From assembly GCA_963734545.1 (NCBI GenBank), contig CAVTHO010000008.1, positions 576,001 through 640,000 on the forward strand: a stretch of 64,000 bases of DNA. The letters run 5' to 3'. A program made the translations under genes and the position numbers. The stretch is from an uncultured Spirochaetota bacterium. Lineage in GTDB: Bacteria > Spirochaetota > Spirochaetia > SZUA-6 > Fen-1364. This document shows, one piece after another, positions 19,662 to 29,136 of this stretch (positions within the stretch are counted from its first letter, which is position 1; every line of letters starts with the position of its first letter). The notes beneath the pieces were generated by a model. That model was not told the DNA's origin. It saw only the letters and a program-made list of their open reading frames with translations, and did no database searches.

Positions 19662-21479
19662 ATGATGGATGAGCAGTATATCGCGGCACCTGTCGCCGCG
19701 TATCCTGCGGATAAAGGACATGTCCTCATCTCCAACCGGAACACAGGCCGTCCCGATGTATTGTCAGGGCAGTTGTTCGGCATCCTGAGACAGGCGGACC
19801 GATTCGACACCATTGCCGGCCATGTAAAAAGGCTTTTCGCTGCGGGCTGGGAGGATGACGGATCCGGATTCATCGAATCCGCGTTCCGTGAGCTGATTTC
19901 CCACGGGCTCCTGGTGCCGAAAAGCGCCTTCCTGAGGGGCCTCCTCGAAATGGGCGCCGGATGCGAGGCTCCTCCGACCGTCACCTCGGTGATCGTGACG
20001 ACGCGCGACCGGATCCCTCAACTCCAGCGGTGTCTTGTTGGATTCATCGAAAACACCAGGAAGCACGGCCGCAGCGTGGACTACCTGGTCATCGACAATT
20101 CAAGAAACGAAAACCAGCGCGTGAAAATCACTGGCGTCCTCACTCCATTCGCCGCGGGGGGCGTGAAAATCCATTACGCGGGGAGAGAGGAGAAATCACG
20201 CTTCAAGATTGAGCTGGTTCAGGCAGGGTCAGCGGAAGGACTGCCGGATGATATCGTGGACTTCTGCCTGTTCGGTGACGAGGGTTTCGCGCAGACCTAC
20301 GGAGCCAATCGGAATGCGCTCCTCCTGGACACCACGGGAGAATTGATCGTGATGACCGATGATGACACGCTGTGCCAGCCAGCCGTCCTTGGAGAATCGG
20401 CGCCCACCCTCGCGCTCAGCTCGATGAAGGACCCGGCGGTCACCCGCTTCCATGCCGACAGAAGGCAATTGGTGCGGTCGGTGCGAACCACCGACGTCGA
20501 TATTCTCTCCTGGCATGAGAAAGTGCTGGGGCGCTCGATCGCCGGATGCATGTCGGCCCTCGGATCGGATTCCGCGCTCGACGTGGAATGCATCACACCC
20601 GAATCCGCGCATTTCTTCGGGAAAGCATTAAAAGTCGTGAGGGCCTCCGCGTCGGGACACTGGGGAGATGCGGGAATGGATTCACCCTACCTGCTTCTCG
20701 AGCTGTCGGGAAAATCGCGGGATCTTCTCATGCGCTCGAAGGAGCAGTACACGCAGGCCGGGGAGAGCAGGGAGATCTTTCGGAGCGTCCCGTGCTGCAC
20801 AATCAGCGACAATTCGGTTTTCATGGCCATCAACGCCGGAATTGACAACCGTTCGCTCCTGCCCCCCTTCCTTCCGGTCGGCAGGAACGAAGACGGGATC
20901 TTTGCCATGACCCTGCGTATCTGCGCGCAGGACGCGCTCATCGGCCATATCCCCCTTGCCGTGCTTCACTCACCGCAGGAAGCGCGGCGCTATGAGCAAG
21001 GCGGCAGTCCAATTGCGGCCCCGAGGCTGGCGGAAATCCTGTCGGCGATCATGAGCACATTCAACCCATCTCCGGGGCACGAGACCGTTTCCCAGAGGCT
21101 CTCCGACCTTGGAAAGCTCCTGGTCGATGTCGGCTCCCTGAAGATCGAAGATTTCACAGAACACGTCGAAACGGTCTGGGCCGCGGCGGCGAGTCGTTAT
21201 ATCGGCCTTCTCGAATCCCTGCTCGATCTGCACCGTGGCAAGCCGGATTACTGGGCGGAGGATGTCCTGTCCTTCATTGAAAGGCTCACCGATTTCACCG
21301 TACACAAGTCCGCAGCAGCTCCCCGCGAGCTTCTGGAAACGCAAACCCCCGAGCAGGCAGTGGAAGTCTGCCGCCGCGTGGTGCGTAGATTCGGCGAGCT
21401 CCTGCAATGGTGGCCGGTGATCTACGGCGCTGCAAAGAAGCTCCGTGATGCCGACAAACGCCTCGTGCGGCGGGTTTGA
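19662..21479 (+). CDS. Array gene E, copy 2: RRE-like plus GT-A glycosyltransferase
   Basis: Colinear homolog of E1; TTRDR, GANRNA, TDDD, RNEDG. Confidence 0.7.
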   Translation: MMDEQYIAAPVAAYPADKGHVLISNRNTGRPDVLSGQLFGILRQADRFDTIAGHVKRLFAAGWEDDGSGFIESAFRELISHGLLVPKSAFLRGLLEMGAGCEAPPTVTSVIVTTRDRIPQLQRCLVGFIENTRKHGRSVDYLVIDNSRNENQRVKITGVLTPFAAGGVKIHYAGREEKSRFKIELVQAGSAEGLPDDIVDFCLFGDEGFAQTYGANRNALLLDTTGELIVMTDDDTLCQPAVLGESAPTLALSSMKDPAVTRFHADRRQLVRSVRTTDVDILSWHEKVLGRSIAGCMSALGSDSALDVECITPESAHFFGKALKVVRASASGHWGDAGMDSPYLLLELSGKSRDLLMRSKEQYTQAGESREIFRSVPCCTISDNSVFMAINAGIDNRSLLPPFLPVGRNEDGIFAMTLRICAQDALIGHIPLAVLHSPQEARRYEQGGSPIAAPRLAEILSAIMSTFNPSPGHETVSQRLSDLGKLLVDVGSLKIEDFTEHVETVWAAAASRYIGLLESLLDLHRGKPDYWAEDVLSFIERLTDFTVHKSAAAPRELLETQTPEQAVEVCRRVVRRFGELLQWWPVIYGAAKKLRDADKRLVRRV

Positions 21480-21542
21480 GCCCTCTTGCGCATACCATGA
21501 GTTTGCACTAAAGATAGCATCATATAGAAGAAAGGAGCCTCC

Positions 21543-21995
21543 ATGAAGAAACCGGGTGTGCTTCTTGTCCTGCTTCTTTCGACGGCCCTTCCCCTGGCTG
21601 CCCAGTCAAATCAGCTTCTCGATCAGCTCCTGGATCAGCCGGCCGCGAGCTTCGGCGAGGTGGTCTACATGACACTGTCCGCCGCGAAGCTCGTGCCGGA
21701 GACCGCCACCCCGGCGGAGGCGCTGGAGGCCCTCCAGCAGCAGAACTGGAAGGTCCGAATCCTCCCGGCAGAAGCCCCGATCCCCCTCGGGGACTACGCG
21801 TTCCTGCTCATGAAGGCTTTCAAGCTCTCCGGGGGCATCTTCTACAGCCTCTTCCCCGGGCCCCGCTACGCCGTCCGTGAGCTGGGCTACCTCAGGGTCA
21901 TCACCACCGATGCCCGACCCAATCGAAACCTCTCGGGTGAAGAGGCGGTGCGCATCCTGGGCAACCTGATGGCGCGCAAGGAGGGCTCCTCATGA
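21543..21995 (+). CDS. Array gene A, second copy
   Basis: 4 substitutions in 150 aa versus 12140-12592 (counted by eye). Confidence 0.7.
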   Translation: MKKPGVLLVLLLSTALPLAAQSNQLLDQLLDQPAASFGEVVYMTLSAAKLVPETATPAEALEALQQQNWKVRILPAEAPIPLGDYAFLLMKAFKLSGGIFYSLFPGPRYAVRELGYLRVITTDARPNRNLSGEEAVRILGNLMARKEGSS

Positions 21996-23320
21996 AAGCG
22001 TGGCGCACACTGGCGATCATCGCTGCACTCTCCCTGGCGGGCGCGGCGGACCTCAGCGGGATGGACTTCGATTTCGGCGGCTTCGTGGAAAACTCAAGCA
22101 CTCCCTCGGTGGCCCTGGACGCCAAGAACCCCGTGTGGGCCATGGACCAGAAGGACAGGCTGGCCCTCTGGGCGGAGATGCATTTCAACCCGCAGCTTTC
22201 CCTCACCATCCAGGGCAGTTATGCCTTCTCCCTGGATCTGCCCTATCTGTTCGACGTTGATGCGCTGAGGCTGGACTGGAAGATACTTCCTTCCCTGCGT
22301 GCCAGCCTGGGCAGGTTCGTCTTCTCGGACTTCACGGGCCACGTTCTGAATCACAAGCTGGACGGGGTGCTGTTCGGCCTGGACTTCCCTTTCATGGTGC
22401 TGAGCGCGGGGGCGGGTTTTTCGGGACTCGTGCTCAAGCCCTCCTCCCTGATCCTCATGAGCCGCTCGGACACCGCCGACCAGTCTGACAACGGGGTCAT
22501 CCTGGCTGCCCCCCGGCTGATCGAGAAGCTGGAGGTGCTCTTCCCCAACCTTCTTCCCCGCCAGGACCTGACGGTGTCGGTGGTCCTGCAGCAGGACTTC
22601 CGTCCCAGCGGCTCCCTCATCCAGGAGGGCGAGCAGCAGCAGTTCGTCGCGGGCGCATCGGGGGGGAGACTGACCAGCGAGTACTTCGGGCTGGGGGTCT
22701 CGGGGGCCATCGTCTCCGCCCTGTACTACGACGCATTCTTCTATTACAGCCTTGGCAGCACTCTCTCCTATGTGGCGGACCCCGCTTCGGGCACCGGCTC
22801 CTCCTACCAGTACGAGGCAATCCAGGCTTTCCTGGGCGGCATAGGGCTGCGCTACTACAACGAGGCGCTTTTGTCCTCCCGCGCGGAGCTGCGGGCCGTC
22901 ATCTCCAGCGGAGATGCGGACAACAGCACATACCTGGAGGGCAACAGCGCGGGGGCATCGACGATCTTCATGCCCATTTCCCAGGAGACCCTCGGGCTGG
23001 CCTTTCAGCCCCAGCTGGGCAACCTGCTCATCCTCACCGCCAGCTACTCACTGAAGCCGGCGAGCCCGCTCCAGCTCATGGTGAAGGGGCAGTCCTTCCT
23101 CAGGCCGACCACGGGGGCCATTTCGGTTCTAGGAATAGATTCTGCTTCCAATGCGCTGTACCTGGGGACCGAGGTCGACGGGATCGTCAACTTCAGGCCT
23201 CTCTCCGATCTGGGCACCGCCCTTTCGCTGGGGTTCTTCCTGCCCAACAAGAGCGCGTTCACGGGCCAGGCCTCCCTGCCTGTCCTGGCCGGGCGGCTGG
23301 AGGTTTCCTTGAGTTTCTGA
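21992..23320 (+). CDS. Array gene B, second full copy (outer-membrane beta-barrel)
   Basis: 6 substitutions in 442 aa versus 12589-13917 (counted by eye). Confidence 0.72.
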   Translation: MKAWRTLAIIAALSLAGAADLSGMDFDFGGFVENSSTPSVALDAKNPVWAMDQKDRLALWAEMHFNPQLSLTIQGSYAFSLDLPYLFDVDALRLDWKILPSLRASLGRFVFSDFTGHVLNHKLDGVLFGLDFPFMVLSAGAGFSGLVLKPSSLILMSRSDTADQSDNGVILAAPRLIEKLEVLFPNLLPRQDLTVSVVLQQDFRPSGSLIQEGEQQQFVAGASGGRLTSEYFGLGVSGAIVSALYYDAFFYYSLGSTLSYVADPASGTGSSYQYEAIQAFLGGIGLRYYNEALLSSRAELRAVISSGDADNSTYLEGNSAGASTIFMPISQETLGLAFQPQLGNLLILTASYSLKPASPLQLMVKGQSFLRPTTGAISVLGIDSASNALYLGTEVDGIVNFRPLSDLGTALSLGFFLPNKSAFTGQASLPVLAGRLEVSLSF

Positions 23321-23351
23321 GCTATACTTGGAAGTGCAGGGAGTGACTGCC

Positions 23352-24002
23352 ATGAAACGTTACCTATTGATTGTCGTGATGGCCTTGGCGCTCACGCCGG
23401 TTTTGTTTTCTCAGACCCAGGCAGTGGTCAAAGAGTTCAAGGGCAAGGTGGAGATCAAGGCAGGCGGAGGCGAGTGGCAGCCGGTGGCAGCGGGCATGAA
23501 GCTGGACACGGGGGCCTCGATCTCCACGGGCTTCAGCTCCACTGCGGTGCTTGACCTGGGCACCTCCACGCTGAAGGTGGCCCCGCTGACCCGCATGCAG
23601 CTTGTGGAGCTGATCGCCCGACAGGGCAGCGTCTCCACGACCCTTGCGCTGAAGGTGGGCAGGGTGAACGCGGAAGTGAAGACCGCCCCGGGGCTCAAGC
23701 AGGACTTCACGCTGAAGGGGCCGCAGGCCACCGCCGCGGTGCGCGGCACGGAGTTCGAGTTCGACGGGGTCAGCGTGAAGGTGATCAACGGCCTGGTGTT
23801 CTTCTCCAACAACCAGGGCCAGGGCCGTGGGGTGGGGGCAGGGGAGCAGAGCTCGACCAGCGGCACGCAGATTCCCACCAGCGGAGAGCAGGAAAACGAG
23901 ACCAACACGAGCGTGCAGCCGCACACCACTACGGGAGGGACAGCCCTTCCGCCGTCGGCCGTGCCACCGGCCTCCGCCACCGTGACCATCACATGGCAGT
24001 AG
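23352..24002 (+). CDS. Array gene C, copy 3 (FecR-like)
   Basis: Near-identical to the other C copies; ends ATVTITWQ. Confidence 0.8.
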   Translation: MKRYLLIVVMALALTPVLFSQTQAVVKEFKGKVEIKAGGGEWQPVAAGMKLDTGASISTGFSSTAVLDLGTSTLKVAPLTRMQLVELIARQGSVSTTLALKVGRVNAEVKTAPGLKQDFTLKGPQATAAVRGTEFEFDGVSVKVINGLVFFSNNQGQGRGVGAGEQSSTSGTQIPTSGEQENETNTSVQPHTTTGGTALPPSAVPPASATVTITWQ

Positions 24003-24024
24003 ATGGAGAGTAGGGAGCAGCCAG

Positions 24025-25228
24025 ATGAAAACACAAATGTTCCGAGCATCTGTGGCGAGACTCGCCGCGGTTATCCTAGTGGGCGCGGCGAGCCTTGTGC
24101 TCTGCGAGCTGCTTTTACATGCCGGGAGTCAACGGCAAGTCTGCAAAGGCCGGCATCAGCGTGAACAGGTCGGCTGCTGCCCTCGAACCTGACGTCGATC
24201 GCGCTCATCGTGGGCGGGCCCGGCATGGAGACCATTGCCACCCAGTACTCCCTGGGCACCACCTCGGCGACGCTGACCGTTCCCTCAGGAGTCGCGCGCA
24301 CCTTCACGGTGCTGGCGAACACCGCGTCGGTGACGTTCCGAGGACGATGTCACGGTTGACCTCGCGCCGGACGAGACAAAGGAAATTGACCTGACTCCCA
24401 CGCTGTTTGCCACTCAGATCGTCGTCCCGGACTATCTCAATTATCCGGCTCGTGCAGATCTCCGACATGAAGGGGACCGGATGGACCGCGGTCGAGGATC
24501 CGACCTCGGGTCTAACCCACACGATGTTGATTTCGACGCTGAAGGTCGAATCTATGTGGCGAGACTAACTCCTCGAGGTATCCTGTGGATCGACGATATC
24601 ACCAACGGGACTTTTAACCCTGCTCAGCGGTTTCGTGGGGACGGACATACAGTCGCGTCGCCATGGACCGGGAAACGGGCCTTCTCTATTACGTGGGCTA
24701 ACTGTGAGTAGCCACGAGTCGTTGATGAGCTCCACAGAGAGACGTGATTTCGGGCCCGGACGAGCTGGTTGATCTGAGCAGCGAGGTCTGAATCAGTACC
24801 AGGGGATTGCCGTGGACTCGGATGGCTTTGTCTATGTTGTGAATAACCCACTACCCTGAAGTACTGAAGATCAATCCCAATCCGAACCCATCAAGTCCGT
24901 CGTGGGTAGCCAGCTACGCATCTCAACTACCCGTGTGACGTCCTGGTAAATGGCGACTACGTCTATGTCAGCGATCAGGCGGATGCGAAGATCGTTCGAC
25001 TTACGAAAGACCTTCCGTTCCCGGTTGAGTTCTTCGGCCCTGGCTCGGATCCATTCCTGGGACCCGAACGGTTCGTCGCGATCCTGAACAAGCAGATCAC
25101 CGTCATCGACGAGTGGAGTGCGAACGATGACAGGCTGGTCTCCTTCGGCGACATGATGGAGCGGGCTGGACGACCTATGGCACGCGTCCGGTTCGAACAG
25201 GGCCAGTTCCGGTTCATCTGGTACTATA
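24025..25228 (+). pseudogene. Array gene D, copy 3, multiply frameshifted (pseudogene or sequencing error)
   Basis: Fragments MKTQMFRAS..., SCFYMPGV, GGPGMETI, PHDVDFDAEGRIYV, GIAVDSDGFVYV, DPFLGPERFVAILNK and GQFRFIWYY in shifting frames. Confidence 0.7.
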
Positions 25229-26363
25229 ATCCGCGTTCGGGAGCGATCTCTCATGGGCTCCTGGTGAAGGAGAGCGCCTTCCGGTCCCTCTCTCGTCGAA
25301 AAGACAAGCGAGCAGGGACCGCTGCCGCCCATCACTTCAGTGATCGTCACGACACGGGACCGGATCCCTGAACTCCAGCGGTGCCTTGCAAGCTATATCG
25401 AGAGAAACGAGACGTTCGATCGCCGGCCCGAATACATTGTCCTCGACGATTCGCGGCAGCCGGGGACAGGCAGAGAGAATGGCGGAGATCGCTCATCCCC
25501 CTCTCGGCGAAGGGAACGCGGATTTCCTACGCGGGCATGGAAGAAAAGGCGCGGTTCGCGGATGAGCTCATGCGCGCGGCAAAGGGCGAAGGGCTCCCGG
25601 GAGACGTCGTCTCCTTTGCCCTGTTCGGCGATGAAGCCTACACGCGCACCGTGGGAGCCAATCGGAACGCGCTCCTCCTGGCCGCGCCGGGGGAACTCTG
25701 CGTCATGATAGACGATGACACGGTGAGCCGGACGGCCGTCCTCGAGGAAACGGACGCACACCTCGCGCTCAGCGCTTTAAAGGACCCGACTGTCTCCCGT
25801 TTCTACGCAGACAGAAAGCAGCTGGAGGATTCGGTGCGCCCCGTCGACGTCGATATTCTCTCCTGCCACGAGAAGATGCTGGGACGCTCGATCGCCGGAT
25901 GCGTATCGTGCCTTGGCCCCGATTCCGAGCTCGACGTGGATCGCCTTGCCCCGGAGTCTGTCCTCTTCTTCGGAAGCGGATCAAAGGTGGTGAAAGCCAC
26001 CGCGACGGGATTCTGGGGAGATTCGGGAATGGACTTCGCCCCACCGGGTCCTGGAGCTGATGGGAGAATCCCGGGACCAGGTCATGCGGTCGAGGAAACT
26101 GTACGCCCGAGCCAGGGAAAGCCGGGAGATCTTTCGCGGCGTGCCCCGCTACATGATCGGCGACGGCGCCGTGTTCATGCCCATGAACGCCGGGGTCGAC
26201 AACCGCTCGCTGCCGCCCTTCCTTCCGGTGGGCACTCGGACGGGATCTTCGCAATGACCCTGCGTGTCTGCGCGGAGGAGGCGCTGATCGGCCACGTCCC
26301 CTTCGCCGTCCTGCACGCGCCTCTGGAGACGCGCCACTATGCGCAGAACGCCGCGATTGCGGC
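25229..26363 (+). pseudogene. Array gene E, copy 3, truncated at both ends and frameshifted
   Basis: Homology to E begins at aatccgcgttc (the SAF helix); retains TTRDR, GANRNA and IDDD; ends near RHYAQ just before the cyclase stop. Confidence 0.75.
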
Positions 26364-26393
26364 TGGGGGCGCGGCAGCGCGCCCCGCTGCCGT

Positions 26394-29111
26394 CTACTTC
26401 GTCGTCAGGTTGAACACCCCGTCCCAGTTGGAGGCGGGCGGCTTTGCCTCGAACTCCTGGCATGACTTGATGTAGCGCTTGGCCGGGCCGTCCTCGGGCA
26501 CGAGCCGCAGCACTTCCCCAAGCGTCGCTCGCGCCTCCGCCCAGTCCTTGGCCTCGAACTGTTCGAGCCCTCTGTGGAAAATCTCCACTGCCTCCTCGAG
26601 GGATTTCTCCGCCCGGCCTTTCTCCTCGATGAGCTCGAACAGGCGGACGGGCTGGTTGATGCCCACCACGCGGACACGATCCAGCTTCCGCACCAGGAAG
26701 TCCTGCCCGAGCGACTCCTGCGTGATCTCGCTGATGAGGATCCACGTGCCGTACTGCTTGTTGACTCCCTCCAGCCGGGCGGCGAGGTTCACCGCGCTGC
26801 CCATCATCGTGTAGTCCATTCTCTGCGGCGTCCCCATGTTGCCCACGGTCATCTCGCCGGTGTTGATCCCGATGCGGGTATGGAGGGCCGAGGGCGCCAG
26901 CTTCTCCGTCAGGAACCTTTCGTTCAAGGCGACCTCCGCCCTCTTCATCCGGATGGCCGCCATGCAGGCGCGCCGCGCATGGTCGGGAAGGTCGAGCGGC
27001 GCTCCGAAGAACGAGATGATCGCATCCCCTTCGTACTTGTCGATCGTTCCCCGCAGCTCGAGGATGATGTCGCTCATCTCGGTGAGGTAGAGGTTGATGA
27101 GGTGCACGAGGGCTGTCGGGTCGAGCACCTCGGAGATCGTGGAGAATCCCCTGACGTCGGTGAACATGGCCGTCATGAATTTCTTCTCGCCGCCGAGGTT
27201 GAGCTTCTCCGGGTTGGCCAGGAGGTCGTTGATGACCTCGGAGGACAGGTAGTGTCCCCACGCGTTCCGCACGAAGCTCTTCTCCCGCTCCGTGCGGAGG
27301 AACTTGACCGCCGTGAGCGCGATGAACGTGAGAAAGACCGCGCCCACCGGAGTGAGCGTGTTGATGTAGATGCCCGTGAGCAGGAAGAGCGCGAGAAAAA
27401 GCCCGAAGAGCACGACGACGACGGCAGCGCCTACCACCAGCGAGCGGAGCGCGTCCATATTGAGGATGACGAAGGTCACGCCAAAGGAGAGGAGAAGAGC
27501 GAGGATGATGCCGTACCACCAGGGCCGCTGGTTGAGGAACTGGCCCTGGAGGATCGTGTTCACCACCGATGCGTGCGTGCCGACGTTCACGTATTCGCCG
27601 ACAAAGGGGTTGACGCCGATATCCGTGGTCGAGGTGGCGGTGACGCCGATGATGCAGAACGCGCCGGGAAGCTTCTTCGCAAGTACCTGGCGGGTCTCCA
27701 TCAGGTCGTCGTAGATCCCGTGCGTGTTGGAGAAGACCTTCGGTACCTCCGCCTTCACCGCTTCCGCGTTGGCGCGCGCGTCCTTCGCAAGGCCGCGGTT
27801 CGCCAGCACCTTGTCCACGTCCGCGAGGATGCTCTTCTCCGCGTCCCCGCCGAGGAATTGTCCGACGCCCTCGAAGAACGCCGCGCGGGCCTTTACGTAC
27901 GTGTCCATCTGGGCCAGGTCTCCGCCGCCGAGCATGTCCTTCTTGAGGCTCTCGCAGTAGGTGTACAGGTCCAGAAGCGCCGTCTCTCCCTTGTAGTAGG
28001 ACAGGTACCCGGATTGGTCCATGAGCTTGAGGTTGTACAGCAGGTCTTCCTCGAGCTGCCGGTGATAGACCAGCTTGTAGAAGCTCAGGTGCCGGAAGCT
28101 CTTGTCATACGTGTGCGGCGACCAGTTGATCATGAAAAGGCCCGTCAGGAGTCAGGGGGATCGTGATGTCCTTCTTTCCCTTTCCCGGCACGCTCGGCCC
28201 CCTTCAGCACGATCGCGCCCTTCTTGAGAATCGACCTGCGGGATTGCCGAGCCAGTCCAGGAGGGGCCGGAAGGCGAGCTGCGCCGAAGTACTTCCCGTT
28301 GAACGACTTGATCAGGTCGATGCGTCGCCTCACCCCGTCAGGGTCGACGATCACGTTGGGAAATCCCGCGCCCGCGCGCCCCCAGAGCCACGGGCAGGAA
28401 TGGCGGGATACAGCGACGCCGCCGTGCGCACGGAGCCTGACTTGCACGGTCACGTTGTTCAAAGCCAGGTTGTCCAGGGCGTACTGCGGCGAGCTCGGGA
28501 GCTCGCATTCGCGTCCGGCGTGTCGGGGGCAGCTACCGTGAGAAACGCCGTGCCGAAAAAACGGGCCGCCTGGCCGAGGTAGGCATCGTTGTCCCGCTCC
28601 ACGCTCTTCACCGTCGTCCAGGAGCCTGCTGCTTGCCCTGATCGGTGAGGCCTTGGAGGTCGGAGACGTATCGGGGCGCGTCCTTGAGCGGTATGTTTCC
28701 CGCACGGATGGCCTCGAAAAGCTGCTCGATGCTGGTCTGGATCTGGGCGAATTCCTGGTTGAAGGCATCCGGGACGTTCTGGCGCAGGACGAAGGTGTCC
28801 AATCCGCGAGGGCTCTTGTTCACGTACTCGATATCGAACATCGCGTAGCCGGCGCCGAACTCGCGCATGAGGATGAGTCCGTTCGCCATCACGTCGCGGC
28901 TCCATGGCCAGACGCCGACCTTGGTTATTGCCAGGTCATCCACATCCAGCAGGAGGATGGACTGGTTTTCGACCACCGCCGGCTTCACGTGCAGGAACAG
29001 GTCGTACACCCTCTGCTCGATCCTGTCCATGGCGCCGACTGCCGCCAGGACCGTGAACACGGCCACCACAAACGCCGGCACGATGAAATCGAAGCGGTTC
29101 TTCGCGAACAT
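26394..29111 (-). CDS. CHASE2-domain class III adenylate cyclase (frameshifts ~28140-28620)
   Basis: N-terminal TM, VWPWSR, FDIEY and VDPDGVRRR (CHASE2); 3 TM helices; FTDVRGFSTISE, DKYEGDAI, MDYTMMGSAVNLAARLE (Lys/Asp, ATP-type); TPR-like tail ending WDGVF. Confidence 0.88.
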
Positions 29112-29136
29112 GGCCACCTCCGCCGTTCACGCGCTC

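Larger units (their letters stand above)
21542..23320 (+). repeat. ~1.78 kb direct repeat of 12139-13917 (offset 9403)
   Basis: Near-identical nucleotide sequence across A and B. Confidence 0.95.

Noticed and set aside
12140-26390. Diversity-generating retroelement, CRISPR, integron or shufflon explanation for the repeats
   Set aside because: No reverse transcriptase, cas, integrase or invertase in the window; no repeat-spacer structure; differences are not adenine-specific.
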